Positions 24,917 through 38,268 are shown, counted from the whole stretch's first letter. The stretch is 49,098 bases of DNA, filler included, from Catajapyx aquilonaris (GCA_000934665.2; 2 parts of 2 records of this genome joined end to end with filler, not necessarily neighbours in it); one strand, 5' to 3'. A program made the numbers and translations. Notes: generated by a model from the letters alone, not told the origin.

Positions 24917-26826
24917 CATGGTGATCCAACTTTATTGCCCCGACAGTTATTAGAAAAATCGCGCAAGCTGCTACTTTTTAAGCAGCTACTTGCTAAGAGT
25001 TACTTTCTCGAGCATCTGAAATAGCACCTGCTGATATTAGGTCAAATGCCCATGTACCAATTAATGAGGGGAAAAAGGGTCATACGTGGGGGAACAGGTC
25101 GTCTTCCGAGCCGGCCTGGGATGTGACTGCCCAAATGGGTCATCGCAAATAGAAATGGAAAAACCCTGAAATGGAAAGGTGCCCATCATGCATGTCATCA
25201 TCTCTTTAATTTCCTCATCTCCAAACTGATTCAGGTATTGGCCCTGAAAAGGGCCCATTTTGGTGTTTACTGGAGGGATTCAGATGAGGTGCTCAAAGTT
25301 GCCCCACCAAGTCGCTGGCAAGTCCTAGCACGGCCCAGGGTCGAGTTGTGGACATATGTCGGAGGGTCGATGGCGTCACAGCAGCGCAGGCATCCCTGAT
25401 CCTGTCCTGCAGGGCTGCTAGGCTGGGTGGCTCTGTCTCGTAGACCACCTGTTTCACATGCCCCCACAGGAAAAAATCCAGCGGGGTCAAGTCAGGTGAC
25501 CTCGCTGGCCAGGGCTGCAGACCTGCACAGCCTATCCACTTCCCAGGGAAGTGACGATCCAGCCAGGCACGGACGCTGTGGTGATAGTGCGGTGGTGCAC
25601 TGTCTTGCTGGAACCACATTGCCCACCTTGTCGCCAACGGCACATCCTCCAGGAGTTCTGGCAGGGTGTGGCACAGGAACTTCTGGTACCTCCGCCCCGT
25701 CAGTGTCCCCTGGAGGAAGTACGGCCTGACCATGTGGTCCCTGATGATCCCGCACCAGACATTGACCCTCCAGTTGTCCTGGAAGGGGGTCGGCCATACT
25801 CAGTCCGGGTTTTCCTCTGCCCAGTAGTGTGAAGGTTGCGGCGGTTCACCACCCCAACATGCGAAAACTGGACCTCCTCAGACCACAAGATGAGGTGACC
25901 TGGGGGGGCCCTCCTGGATAGTAGCCAGCTGCAAAAGGCGACGCATAGCTGGTGGTCCATTGGTTTCAGCCGGTGTACCATAGGAATCTTGTAGGGATGG
26001 TACCGAGCACCACGCAGATCACGCTGGACTGTACCAAAGGTAGAGTCGCACTGCCGCGCAATCTCCCGGATCCCAGCACCCGATTTGGCAGCCACATACA
26101 CCCTAATAGCAATGACGTGTGCCTCGTCTCTCGCTGGACGACTATGATCTGCTCCACGTTGCATCGGAGCAAGCACCCTGTGTTCCCGGAGGGGGCGCAG
26201 CAGGGTACTGGCGACATGCCTACTGGTTAGGCGGCGACCCGGATACCTTCGGGCGTACTCCCTGGCAGTATCTGCGGCGTTCTCTCCACAAACAGCGAAG
26301 AGCATCGCCATCTGGAGCATTTCTGAGTTGGTGAAAGCTGGTGCCAGTGCCATGGCTGCTGCTCTCCGAATGGAGCCCAGTACATACCGGATGGCCTATT
26401 TATTGACACAACCGTGTCTGTCCGGTGCGACGGATTAGCCCTCTGATTGGCAGCTAGTGACCTCATGTGAAACCCTCCAGCGAACACCAAAATAGGCCCT
26501 GTTCAGGGCCAACACATGAATCAGTTTGGAGATGAGGAAATAAAAGAGATAATGACATGCATGATGGGCACCTTTCCATTTCATGGTCGCAAGAGTTCGC
26601 ATCCAACCCCTTGTGATTGACCCATTTGGCCAGTCACAACCCCAGCCGTTGCGGGAGACGACCTGTTCCCTTTTTCTCGCTCATTAATTGGTATATGGGC
26701 ATTGGACCTAATATCAGCATGTGATATTTCAGAGACTCGAGAAAGAAACTCTCAGCAAGTAGCTGCTTAAAAAGTAGCAACTTGCGCGATTTTTCCAATA
26801 ACTGTTGGGGTGATAAAGTTGGATCT
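24917..26826 (-). mobile_element. Degenerate Tc1/mariner DD41D (rosa/Visitor) transposon with long TIRs
   Basis: ~340-bp TIRs (24917-25266 / 26482-26826). Transposase remnants 26353 to ~25340 with frameshifts: AREYARRYP, ILWSEE (first D lost), MWFQQD-x41-D (WPARSPDLTPLDFFLWGHVK). Confidence 0.88.
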
Positions 26827-28501
26827 CGCCTCCATTTACGTGGATCGTATATTTTCTGACTGCTATAATTTCATGTTGTGTAATTGTTTGAACGGCAAAT
26901 GTGAAAGTCTATGGTTAATACATACTGTACCTAGGCGATGACTGTTTACGCACAAACTTTGGACGGAGAGAGTTAGCCTTTTAGAAGAATGATGGTTACC
27001 ACAAAGACAGAACGGATGAATGCTGAATTGTTGAATTCAATTTAATGGATAACTCACATAGTGCTCTGTTACATTGTGCTTATTACATTCATTTGTGGAA
27101 TTATTGGTAGCAATTCCTCTCAGAAGACAAGCAAAGTAGAATTGGACATGATTTTTCACGGCTACTATTCCAGGCATGGGGCTTGCTCCTTCTCTTCCTA
27201 TCTCCTAACATGGTCCCTTGCTATTCTACATTTTAAAGCTGAACTGTAGTGCAAAGCACATTGCCTTATGGGTGTATTTGTACAGGCAATTAAATTATTT
27301 TTTTCGAAACTCCTCACATAAGGAAATTAAAGGTCTGTAGAGGATATACAGTTGACACTAGAAAATAACAACCTCGGCTATAACAGACCGATTTTCCTGG
27401 TCCATTGAAGTCTATTATATCTGTAGTCTACTATACCACAAAATTTCATATACAGGGTGTTTCAGAGTCACGGGTCAAGGGCGCGCGAGGGGGTGGTGAA
27501 AAATCATCGGTGGGGACAACCCGGTGGGTTTTATAAAACAATTAGAAATACAGCAGCAATCAATTTATTTATTACGTCCATACGGCGTGACATCACATCC
27601 TTTCTGTTCAAATTGAGTGGCGCGGACTGCCATGTTGAACCTGGTTGAACGTCGTCTTAGCCTTGCAGGTTGCACTGAAAAAGGCGCTCTCATACTACAC
27701 CGCCAGGGTACTGAACACACTACTGTACAATAGTACACTACTTTATACAGTCCAACTAGGTAGGCCTACTTAGCCCAAATACTCAAATAGTTGGCTTTGC
27801 ACCTGGCAGGTAGGCAACCCGCCTCGGCTTGCCTCCCGCACTAAAATAAATGTCGGAATTGTATTGCGGATGGTTGCTTTAGTCGGAAAAAGTGTTTCGA
27901 CTGTCGAAATAGGCCTATTTGTACCCGCTCTATGGCCAAAACAGTCTTTGAATGCCTGTCAAGGTTAAACCAGGTTCAATCCCGAGTGGCTCCCACACTT
28001 AAATCAACTAGTAGGGTGTATACAACAATCGTGCAAAGTGGCATGTTGGTATCACAAAATGCGGGATTCTTCTGGATTATGCTCTGGGGCCTACAGACTA
28101 ATGGTGGCAACTGGGTGAGCCGAGTCTACCCCTACTGTCGTTGGAAAGTCACAGTTCAAGGTCACAGATGCCTTCTTGCTATGGACGACATCCTGCCCAT
28201 TCCGACCGCCAGAACCTCTAGACTTCCAACGTCTTGACAGATGGCCTCTGTGTAAGCTGCTGTTCCAGCTGAGCCCTACGTTATCCAAACTAGACAAGAA
28301 ACCGGGGCTGATCAAGTGAATATACTCCATGGGACTTCAGGCAGAATAACTCCTGATCACCTTCCACCTGGCATGTTACATGGCAGCTTTGTATCGCTTT
28401 TCACAGAGCCCCTTCACGTCGAGCGATTCATCGCTGTTGTGTAACTTGTGCTAAAGCGCTTCAAAACTCAAAGCGACATTCACTAGCGCCTTAAGATAAA
28501 C

Positions 28502-29050
28502 TACAGTAAAGCTTCTGTAAGTCGAACTTCCCTAAGTCAAAGGTCTCTATAAGTCAAAGAAAATGATGAGCTTAGTTGGTCAGAATGTAAAATAATAATA
28601 AATAATTTTCCCTAACTCGAATTTCTATAACTCGAAGTTCTCCATAACTCGAAGTGCTGGCAGGGCCTTACGATGGGATATCAATGCATTTTCAGTCTCC
28701 CTAAGTCGAAGTTCATGTTGGCCGAGTACAGAACATTTTCTCATTTCCCAGCCGAAGTGTCCAGAGTAGGCAGCATGCACAGAAAGGCTCAATTTCCTGA
28801 TCTCCGTCTACCAGACATACCAAAAGAAGTGTTTGACTCGATTGTGACAATTGAATCCTTGAATCTAAGCGTAGGCAAATGTCCATAAGGGAGATTTCTT
28901 TACAACAAAACAACGAGGAACATTGTTAGTCTGATAGTGACAGCTATTTTTAATTTTTGAGCACCTTTCGGCGCTGGATATAAAGGTAGGCTTTCTGTGC
29001 TTTAAAAAATCCAAACTTGTCTAACTCGAATCTTCTATAACTCGAAGTTT
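28502..29050. mobile_element. Tigger-like MITE fragment with subterminal TAACTCGAA/TAAGTCGAA repeats
   Basis: TA-CAGTAAAGCTT start and multiple CTATAACTCGAA repeats; right end not found. Confidence 0.55.
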
Positions 29051-29485
29051 TTTTCTGGTTGTGATTAAGGTACCATTGGCGCCTGGAGATAGGCAACCAC
29101 GCATCAGCAGACCATATGCGAAAAGTCCTAACTTGACCTAGACTACACCATATCTCAGTCACCGATGGGCAAATTTTTTCGTGCAAAAGGTGATGCACTT
29201 CACTTGGAATTGCCCTTTCGTGTGATCAGGCTGCGTGTTGTATTGCAGTTTCTGGTAATTTTGTATGAAACAATTACAGAGTTTTTAACTTCTTAAATAG
29301 TCATGGCATCTCCGTCAAGTATGATGGCACTTTTGGTGGGCTGGTAATTTCTGGGAAAACTCGAGGATATAAATGCATGTACCCAGCAAAAAGCAATTCA
29401 TACAATTGAACATGGAACTGACATTACCCTGGATATTGCAAATGCTAGCTCCAAGTTACTGATATTATGATAATTTATTTTGCAG

Positions 29486-29560
29486 TTTGGCTCTGCCTAT
29501 CTCGAGAGTGTCTGGTAGCAGTGCATCGGCAGAGAGTCACTTCGATGTCAAAAGCTAAAG
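29486..29560 (+). CDS. Repeat-array exon 1 (xWLCLSRECLVAVHRQRVTSMSKAK), unknown protein
   Basis: TTTTGCAG|...|GTAAAT, 75 nt, phase 1-1; 3' half homologous to the other exons. Confidence 0.55.
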
Positions 29561-29865
29561 GTAAATTAAAATAGGTTACTACAATCTTGACAGATGGCAC
29601 CATAATATTATTATCATTGTCCCCCCAAAAGGGCCCCTTCCTGCAACAGGGTTACTTAAATAAATCAAATAAATGTTATCATTGTCGTTTAAATTTATGG
29701 TTTGCAATTTGTGCTGTTGCTTCATGCTTTTATGATGGGATTTAATAATAAAATTACTAGGCACCATTTGTACAACAGTGGCAACAGATGTGATTTCATT
29801 TAATACTTTTTAAAATCAGAGAATGGTGTGTGCAATTAATTCACCAACTTATGCATTATTTTCAG

Positions 29866-29973
29866 GTTCCTTGAAGCAGAAGGCCCCATGCCAAGGGAAG
29901 CCTTTTAACTTGTCTGGTAATTGTGGTAATTTCGTGAATCGTCAGGGAGCCACATTGATGCCGAAAGCTAATG
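29866..29973 (+). CDS. Repeat-array exon 2 (GSLKQKAPCQGKPFNLSGNCGNFVNRQGATLMPKAN)
   Basis: TTTTCAG|108 nt|GTAAAT, phase 1-1, no stop. Confidence 0.7.
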
Positions 29974-30040
29974 GTAAATTAAAATAGGTTTTTACAATCA
30001 TGACAGATGGATCCTTATTAACATTGCTGTTTAAATGTAT

Positions 30041-30139
30041 GGGGTGGAATTTTCATTCCACTGCTAACTTGGCAGTATCAGTTCCAACACTGGTAACGCT
30101 TAGTTAGCAGTAACTAGCAGTGGGACGAAAATTCCACCT
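30041..30139. mobile_element. ~100-bp MITE A; copies at the homologous intron site also at 37187-37285 and 39062-39165
   Basis: TIR GGTGGAATTTTC / GAAAATTCCACC; ATG TSD clearest in copy 2; absent from the other units. Confidence 0.8.
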
Positions 30140-30187
30140 AAGGTTTTTAATTTGTACTGTTGCTACATGCGTTTATGCTATGATTGA

Positions 30188-33100
30188 GGCCCCTAGTCTG
30201 GTGTCCGGGGGTACCAGCCCCAGAAACGGTGGGGTAGCCTCTCCCTGGTAATAAGGGGGGGGGGGGGGGNGGGAGACCTGCCCCAAAAGTCTCCTCACCA
30301 GCTACCCCACTGGGGACCCTGGGATGGTGGCTACCACCCCTGTCCCCCTTTCTATCGCACCTGTCACGTGACAGCGCATCTGGGCCAAGGGGAGCCCTAG
30401 ACACATCCACATGCCACGCCCGGGAGGCAGCAAAAAAATGGATAGGGCAGTCAGTTGGCGGTACTTTCGGTTCAGAAAAGAGAGTGCAATGTACAAGTTG
30501 GACAAAATGCGACATGGAGGCTCTGGGTCTGCCACTTTTGACTTTCAAAGGGAACCTCAGGAGGTGCAATGCGTAATTCATGTTCAAATTATGTTTTTTG
30601 GGTTCCTCGTCTGCTATGAAGAAGACATCTTTCCGGAAAAACCCTCAATCTCAAGCAGGTTTGAAATACGGAGGTCCCAATTTCAAAAACTGAACCCTTT
30701 ATGAAAATCCCCAAGGAAGCTATTACGTATCAGCAAGAGGAGCTATTAGACAGTGACTTGGACACCAATTTCATGATCTATCATGTAAATAGGAATTATA
30801 CAGGGCACGCATCAATAATTGATGTTTTGAATATCACCGAAACTTAGTGCAAAAACAATAAATTATAAGACAGCATAAGAAAGATGATAGCACAGACAAT
30901 TCTGATCTGCTAGTCACATTTACAAAAAGGCCTTCTAAAATTGAAACAAAAAAAAGGCTAGATCTGCATAGTATGAATTTCATCATTGACAACATGTAGA
31001 GCAAAAAAAAAATTAGAATACGAGGACAGTCACCCTAATGAGGAAAAATCAATAATTTATTGTCAGAAAAAAAGAGCTCAATGAAAGCAGATTATAAAGT
31101 GGTTTTAACATAAGTCACTTGTCTAAAAACTCCTCTTGATTTCAATTTCAAACCCTTGAAAATAGTGCTTTTTGGCGGGCGCAAAATCTCATACGGTTCA
31201 TGTTAGGAGCATACTGTTATTGGAAACAAGTTGCTAACAAGCCTGTTTAGACTAATTCGACCACGCTGATTTCGAAAATCACTGTTAGTACTCTGGATTT
31301 TGGGTCCTTGTGCCCCAAAAACAAGATGGCGTCCAAGATTACGCCATTTCCCAAAATTACAACGTTTTGGCGTGTTTTACTCTAAACATCGCAAGCGAGG
31401 TATGGTTTTAGGCGTTTTCTGAGTCGCTAAGATCAGCCATGGGTGACCCAAGGTCATATGACATCATCAGAATCAGTAAATTTGAAATTGAGGGTACTTT
31501 TACGAATTTCAAAGGTCTTGCTTATAACACACGCATATAAGGCTGTCACAGAATACGTTGTGACTAGCAATATTTTTATCTATTATTTATGACAAATGCA
31601 TAGTCAAAGGATTATAATCATCAGACAAGTCCAGTATTACTAGTGTGCCAAGAATTGTGTACCTGTGGATCTTTTCGACCTGTGTACCTGAATACAGGGT
31701 GCGGAAACTAGGCGTGCCTTCACTTTTGGGAATGGTAGAGGGGTCCTAGGCGATCATTTTAAGTGCAGGTAATCGTGGGTCTCCGAAGTATTGTTACCGA
31801 GATAATTAGTATTTAAAAAAGTGCATTAAAGCATATCTTCTATGCCTAGGATACAGATTACAAAACTTCCATCGCCTAGGCCCTTGCTTGCTACACCTAA
31901 TGGGATCGTAACTTAAAATGATACTGCAGGGTAATACTAAATAATTAAAATATGACAAATAATAAGTCCCATGGAGAGACGCATACCTGCCAGGATATTT
32001 TATACCATGCATTTGAAGCCAATTATCTCAGCAACTACTACGCTGTGGAAATAAGACGTACTGTGACGCGGCCTAAGTGTGCGACATGCAGCAGTCATGT
32101 TACACTCACTACACAGTGCAAGACAGTACTGATGCGTAATAAAAAGTGCTCCCCAAGGATACCAGGGACATGTAAGCTACACAGTTTCTTGTTTTTGATG
32201 ACTGTATTCATTCAATGCGTGTATTAGCATGAGCTCTTAGATATGCTCTCTGTCACTTAGGGACAGAATAGAAGAGTCATTGGAGACAAGGTTGGAGGAG
32301 ACAGACTTCTCGAAATGTGTAGTTTGTGTAAAGGATGTGGGAGCCATTGTCTGAGTGCGAGGAACAAGGTCTCAAGCGACTTCAGGAGGTGACAGAGAAG
32401 AAGAGGGAATTATTTTTGCACACAATTTCCCTTAACCCTTAACTAGTAAGGTGAACTCGAGCAACGCAACTAGTAAGGTGGGGTCATTGGTGACCCCACG
32501 TGGTAATTGAATGATCTCGAATTCATAAAATTAAAAATTTAAAGCCATGTAAATTAAGTTTACATTATGTACGATGCGTAGGTAATAAAATAAACTTATA
32601 GGTCACGTTACTAAGTGTGATAGCTATGCAAATAGACGTCAACTGCGTATAATTATAGATACCTCAGTAGCAGCCGCCAACGCTAACAATTCATAAATAC
32701 GCTTTCTCTATATAAAGTCCCAAATGATGATGATATGTCCTGTACATTAATGCTATACAAGTAATACTTTCAAAATAACGGCTATATGACATTGTATAAG
32801 TATAGAGAGTGCAGGCCAAACCCATATCTGAAACTATTTACAAAATTTTTTATTATTGCATCATCTATGACAGGTTTGCCATTAGTACATGCCGTGCCAC
32901 CGTTTGAAGCAAAAAATAGAAGCTTCTCACTGGCAGGCATGAATCCAAGAGCAATGAGGAATCCAAACTTAACTAGTAAGGTGGGGTCATTTTTTTACCC
33001 CAGCCGCATATCACCTTCGTTATAGCCGTTTTTGGACCGCTATTAAATTTTTTGAAAAATCCCTATCCTTTCCCATTGTCCCTGTTTCCTTGCACCGGTG

Positions 33101-34303
33101 AATGAAGCGAAAATATATGGGCAATTCCACGAAAGAGCGGACATGGGGTGCGGTTCTTACATCTTGGCGCAGTTGGAATCTGAGTGACTAAAACCGATAG
33201 CATGTGGACCATGGTTTCCTTAGACATGTTAGTTTGTGACAGTATCATTCCCAACAACACAGTATTATTCCCAGAGTATCTAAGCGTGCACTCTGTGATA
33301 TCCGTTCAGCTAATGCGCATTGCCAGCTGGTTATTCGCTGTAGCGATATGTGAAAGGAAGAGAGACAGACGTTTCCATATAATTCAAGGGCACAAAATGC
33401 AACATCGACCTGTGCAATCACTTTGCTGTATTCATGAATGTGTGACCTTCCACAGCCACACCAAAAGGTATCCAAAAGGCAAAAACTGACCTAGTTCCTA
33501 TTTCAGTGCAGCGGAGCCATTATAATATTATGAATTCACTGACATTCCAATCTCCAAAAATTTATGCTACTCCCAGTAAATCACTGTAGGTTGTATGTAA
33601 CGATGCCGGGTGGTACATAACGGGTGGATATCTCAAATGTTTTCACGTTCAAAATGAGAATTCTCCCAATCTAATGGCATGATGAGGTTCCTCGCACCCT
33701 ACTGCCCCACATGCACTTAAGCTTTGAAACCTGTGCTGTCAGATTTCGCTGAGTTTCCCCCTAGTTGCATATACCCCAGAAACTGGTGTCCAATGACGGA
33801 TTGTACGTAACGAGATTTCAGACAATCGCACACGCGTGGATGGCCATCGAATGAAATTTTCATGATGTCCCTCACCTTCACATTTCTGCGCTGCATCTGA
33901 TTTTCCTAACAGTTAATCTATTACGGCAAGTACCTAGCCGCGGTGGACTCCTAAACACCTCAATACAGCTTCCGATTGTCTGTACGTAACACGTGGAATT
34001 GCCCATATACAGAAAACTGATGGTGGTATGCCACCCCCCTATAGCTCCCATAAGGGACATCACGGGGTAAAATAAAAAAATCTAAAAATAAATCAATCAA
34101 TCAACCTTATTTAAAGCAGCATACCCCCAAACCCACCAGACTCGGAGGTAGCTGCCCCAACTACTACCACGCCCCATCGAGGTTAGGCCCCACCGCCTCC
34201 CCCTGGTGGGGTAACGGGAAGGGCTAGGAGACTCCCGGGGCGAGGTCCGTACCCCCTCTAACGGTACCGGGATAGCCATTCCCCGGACACCAGACTAGTG
34301 GCC
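30188..34303. mobile_element. 4.1-kb composite non-autonomous DNA transposon with nested fragments (mariner end at 31693, piggyBac-like end at 32431)
   Basis: TIR GGCC(C/A)CTAGTCTGGTGTCCGGGG at both ends. Removing it restores the intron unit TATGATT..TTTAAAA. TSD ambiguous. Confidence 0.8.
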
Positions 34304-34752
34304 TTTAAAAAAAAGCTTTACTTGCCATCATTTGTTCATTCCTTTCCCAGTCACAATAACAGTGGCAACAGAAGTGATTTCATTTACCTTATTACCTCTT
34401 TAAAGCGGCATGCTGGTATAAGAAGGGGTCAATCAGCATGCCAGTGTAACCTGGGGGTGGCCGGCATGCCACAATAACAGAGGTAGATTTCCGTCATTTT
34501 AATCCTTGGTCAATGTTTTGGAATGCATCTGGTACTGTACTAAAATAATGTTATGCTGAAAAATGTCCGAGTACAGGCCTACAGGGCTATGAGAATATCC
34601 TAGTTCATCTGTTGCACATGGCATAGACTGTGACCAATCCCACATTCAGCCTGCTCTGAGAGGGGACTCCCCTCTAAACATACAACAGATCAAGGCAATT
34701 TCTTCAGTCCTTAGTTTTGCTCAAGAGTTCGCTGGTCGCAGATCTCATAGGC

Positions 34753-35237
34753 CAGGGCTATTCAACTAGTTTATGACAAGGTCCAGTATTTACCTTTCCT
34801 GGGCCACTGAAGGTCCGACCCCCCCCCCCCCCAAGGTTAAGATATGGATTTTATATGGTACCACAGGGTTCATTTTTGAAAACAGAAACCTGTGCAGCAA
34901 GGGTAGAAGGGCCTATCAAGACAGGACATATTAAGAAATTTGGGCCCTTTTATGATATTCTGTACAGGCGTGTAGGCATAAAAAATTTTGGCGGGGGGCC
35001 CATTTCATAAGCACAAGATGAACAAGCCGTAAATGGGGGGTTCAAGTTCACACGAGCTTAGGTGAATGTGGGAGATTTGAATGGGTGTGTATTTGATGAA
35101 ATTGGTAGCACTTTTTCCAAAACATCATGAGTTAGTAATTTCATGCTATTTCAAACTGTCCTGTATATCGGCGCAGTCCGGACAAAACTGCGTCGCTGTC
35201 AGGATCCGGACCGCTGTCCGCCAGTTGAATAGCCCTG
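34753..35237. mobile_element. hAT-type MITE
   Basis: CAGGGCTATTCAACT / AGTTGAATAGCCCTG; exact 8-bp TSD TCATAGGC. Confidence 0.9.
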
Positions 35238-35754
35238 TCATAGGCAATCAGAGGATCACTTGGTGTAGTGGTATTAATTTGTCTGAGAAGCCTCATTACT
35301 CAGATAATAAAATCCGAACCCAACGTATGAACTATCCCGGTAGGTATGCTTCCCTTCTTGCAGCCTTGCACTTTTAATTGAAAATGTTGCCATGAAAGAA
35401 TTTATCGAACAATCTCATGGGATGTGTCAGGTAATAGACGTGTCCTGGGCTGTACTGCACTGTCGAACGGGGAGCAATGCCTTCATTTGAGTAATAATAA
35501 TTTTCACAGAGGTTGTGATGATGCTGGGCTTAACCTGTTGAGGACGACAAGCATCATATGAGGATCTGTGCATTTCTGAATTTGGCACGCTAAAACGTGC
35601 ACAGAGAATTCGAACTTTGTGGGTCCAAATGAGGTTGACTATACTCCATCTCTTGGATGGTGACTAAACTACCATGGCACGCCCACAATCCACTGGGCGG
35701 GAGCCAAGCAGAGTTGAACATGCCAATGTGACGCGGGTGACGCGTCATCTTTTA

Positions 35755-36167
35755 TGTAAGCGAACACCCTAACCTGTCCTGTAAAGTCGGGACCCTTCAG
35801 AGTTTATCATGTACAGTGTTGTGGTCATATTATGTAACCGTAATAACAGTGTATAATAATATAATCCTCCTTGGGTAGTGCTGACCCTGGGGTATGCGGC
35901 ACGGACCTTTATTGTAACTTGTAGTACATAGTACAGTGAGACCACATTTTTGAAATGCCCAGGCCTACGGGCATGATGACAGGAGGGGATATGCAAGGTG
36001 CAGTGCAATGTCTCATGTGTGGTAGTCTTGTGAACTCCCCCGGGTGGTTTGTCTATTGGAGATACCACCCCGGACGAAGCCAGAGACTGCCTAACTCTGC
36101 ACAAGATGAAGGGGGTGTCCCCGGGCTGGGATCTAACCTGTGACCTTAACATCCGTGGGCGCATACA
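35755..36167 (-). mobile_element. Possible solo LTR
   Basis: TGTAAGCG ... CGCATACA terminal inverted repeat and AATAAA on the minus strand (~35910); no convincing TSD. Confidence 0.35.
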
Positions 36168-36647
36168 TTACCGCAGCACGACTCCGCCAAATAACGGTGT
36201 ATAGTGACTATGTAAACTTGTTAGGCCTATCGACATTCTGAGAGCCAGACGATTCTTAAAAACATAATTCTGGAACACCCTGTAGATGAATTTTTTCCGG
36301 CATTTTACATTCAAAAGGACCACCGCGAATTAAAATGATTCATTTTGGCGCGAAGTTGTTAAATTCATTAATATAACTCCTACATCGAATTTTGGACAAT
36401 AAGAAAGAAAAGAGCGCCACAGAAACAACAATAAACTTAGTTCTCAACAGGTTAAGAAAACCTCACCTTATACCGGCATACCTCTCTTAGACCGGCATGC
36501 TGGTACAGTCAGCAGATTATGCATTTCTTAAAGCTGGTTAACATCAACTTCACTGGGATGCCGTTTTAAGTGAGGTAATAGGTAAAACTATTAAATATTA
36601 GAGAATGGTGTGTGCATTTAATTCACCATGCTATGCATTATTTTCAG

Positions 36648-36755
36648 GCGTACTGAACCAGAAGGTCCCATGCAATGGGAAGCCTTTCAATGTGTCTGGT
36701 AATTGTGGTAATTCCGTGAATCGTCAGGGAGCCACATCTATGCCAAAAGCTGGAG
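36648..36755 (+). CDS. Repeat-array exon 3 (GVLNQKVPCNGKPFNVSGNCGNSVNRQGATSMPKAG)
   Basis: TTTTCAG|108 nt|GTAAAT, phase 1-1. Confidence 0.72.
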
Positions 36756-37010
36756 GTAAATTATAATGGGTTATTACAATCATGACTGATGGAACCATAT
36801 GATTATTGTTGTTTAAATTTATGGTTTTTAATTTGTGTTGTTGCTACATGGGTTTATGCTATGATTTATTTTAAAAGGTTTGCTTGCTCCATTTTTTCAT
36901 TCTTTTCCCAGTCACAATAATAGTGGCAACAGAAGTGATTTCATTTAATACTTTTAAAAATCAGAGAATGGTGCGTGCATTTAATTTACCATATTATGCA
37001 TTATTTTCAG

Positions 37011-37118
37011 CCTTCTTAAACAAGAAGGCTACATGCAATGGGAAGCCTTTGGAAGTGTCCGATCATTGTGGTAATTCCATGAATCGTCAGGGAGCCTCAT
37101 CGATGCCAAAAGCTGGAG
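37011..37118 (+). CDS. Repeat-array exon 4 (AFLNKKATCNGKPLEVSDHCGNSMNRQGASSMPKAG)
   Basis: TTTTCAG|108 nt|GTAAAT; the preceding uninterrupted intron is 255 nt. Confidence 0.72.
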
Positions 37119-37412
37119 GTAAATGATAATGGGTTATTACAATCATGACAGATGGAACCATATTATATATATTGTTTAAATGTATGGGGTAGAATTTTCT
37201 TCCTGACTGCTAACTTGGCAGTACCAGTTCCAACACTGGTAATGCTAAGGTAGCAGTATCTAGCAGTAGGATGAAATTTCCACCCATGGTTTTTAATTTG
37301 TTACTTGTACATACGTTTATGCTGTGATTTATTTAAAAAGTTTTGCTTGCCCCCATTTTTTCATTCTTTTCCCAGTCACAATAACAGTGGCAACAGCAGT
37401 GATTTCATTTAA

Positions 37413-37548
37413 CCCTGTAATGCCCACTGGGTCATATTTGGCACACACCATAGTGCAATTTTTGCAATTTTTGCAATTTTTATATTTCCTGTAAGTGCTA
37501 AATTGCTCTAAATGGTGTGCCAGATATGACCCAAGGGGCATTACAGGG
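37413..37548. mobile_element. piggyBac-like MITE
   Basis: TTAA-CCCTGTAATGCCC ... GGGCATTACAGGG-TTAA. Confidence 0.9.
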
Positions 37549-37603
37549 TTAAAACGGTTAAAAATCGGAATGGTGCATGCATTTAATTCACCATATTATA
37601 CAT

Positions 37604-38257
37604 GGACCTTTTAACGCTACGTCATCACAGCAAAGGTGGCCATCTTTTTGGCTGGCTAAAACTCCTATCTTGCCCGTGTTGTTGGCAGGGTTTTTGAGGT
37701 CTGCTGGGGTTTGTGAGCGTCTGCTGTGGCCCGTGGTGGGCCCGTGGCCTACCTACGGGGCTTCCCAACATGGCCCGCCTTTGGAACCACTGCCACATTA
37801 CGCTAAAAGTCTTACTATGGGAGGGGCAGAGAGGCGAAGCGATACGATACGCGATACGATACTCTCGTAGGTAAATGCTCGCTCCAGCTCGTGTAGTTGA
37901 CAGTGTTTGTGACAGTCTGTGAGGTTTGCCAGGGTTAATTAGTCACACTGCTACTTCCAGCAGGGAAATAAACACTGGAAATGGTTACTTTGTGCAAAGT
38001 GTGAGCTCCACAAATCCGTTGATGTTTGGTGGGTTACCAGCTTTTCCCGACCTTCTCCACGCTCCTGACCGCGGCAAACAATCTGGCCCTCCACTCCACA
38101 TCACTTTGGAACCGAAAAAAAGCCTGGTGTGGCTTATTTACTTGAGATATTGTTGCAGAAATAAGCAACACAGCATGCAGCCATTGCTGGTTCTGGCCAA
38201 CCAACAACATGGCCGCCGCGAAAAAATGTAAACAAATACGTCAAGGCTAAAAGGTCC
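37604..38257. mobile_element. MITE with AT TSD (ISL2EU-like)
   Basis: AT-GGACCTTTTA ... TAAAAGGTCC-AT; the empty site in sister units is TATGCATTATTTTCAG. Confidence 0.75.
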
Positions 38258-38268
38258 ATTATTTTCAG

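Larger units (their letters stand above)
34387..36582. mobile_element. Non-autonomous TA-TSD DNA transposon with nested elements
   Basis: CCTTATTACCTC..AAGCGGCAT / ATGCCGTTTTAAGTGAGGTAATAGG; TA TSD within the CATTTA|AAAC intron site. Confidence 0.75.
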
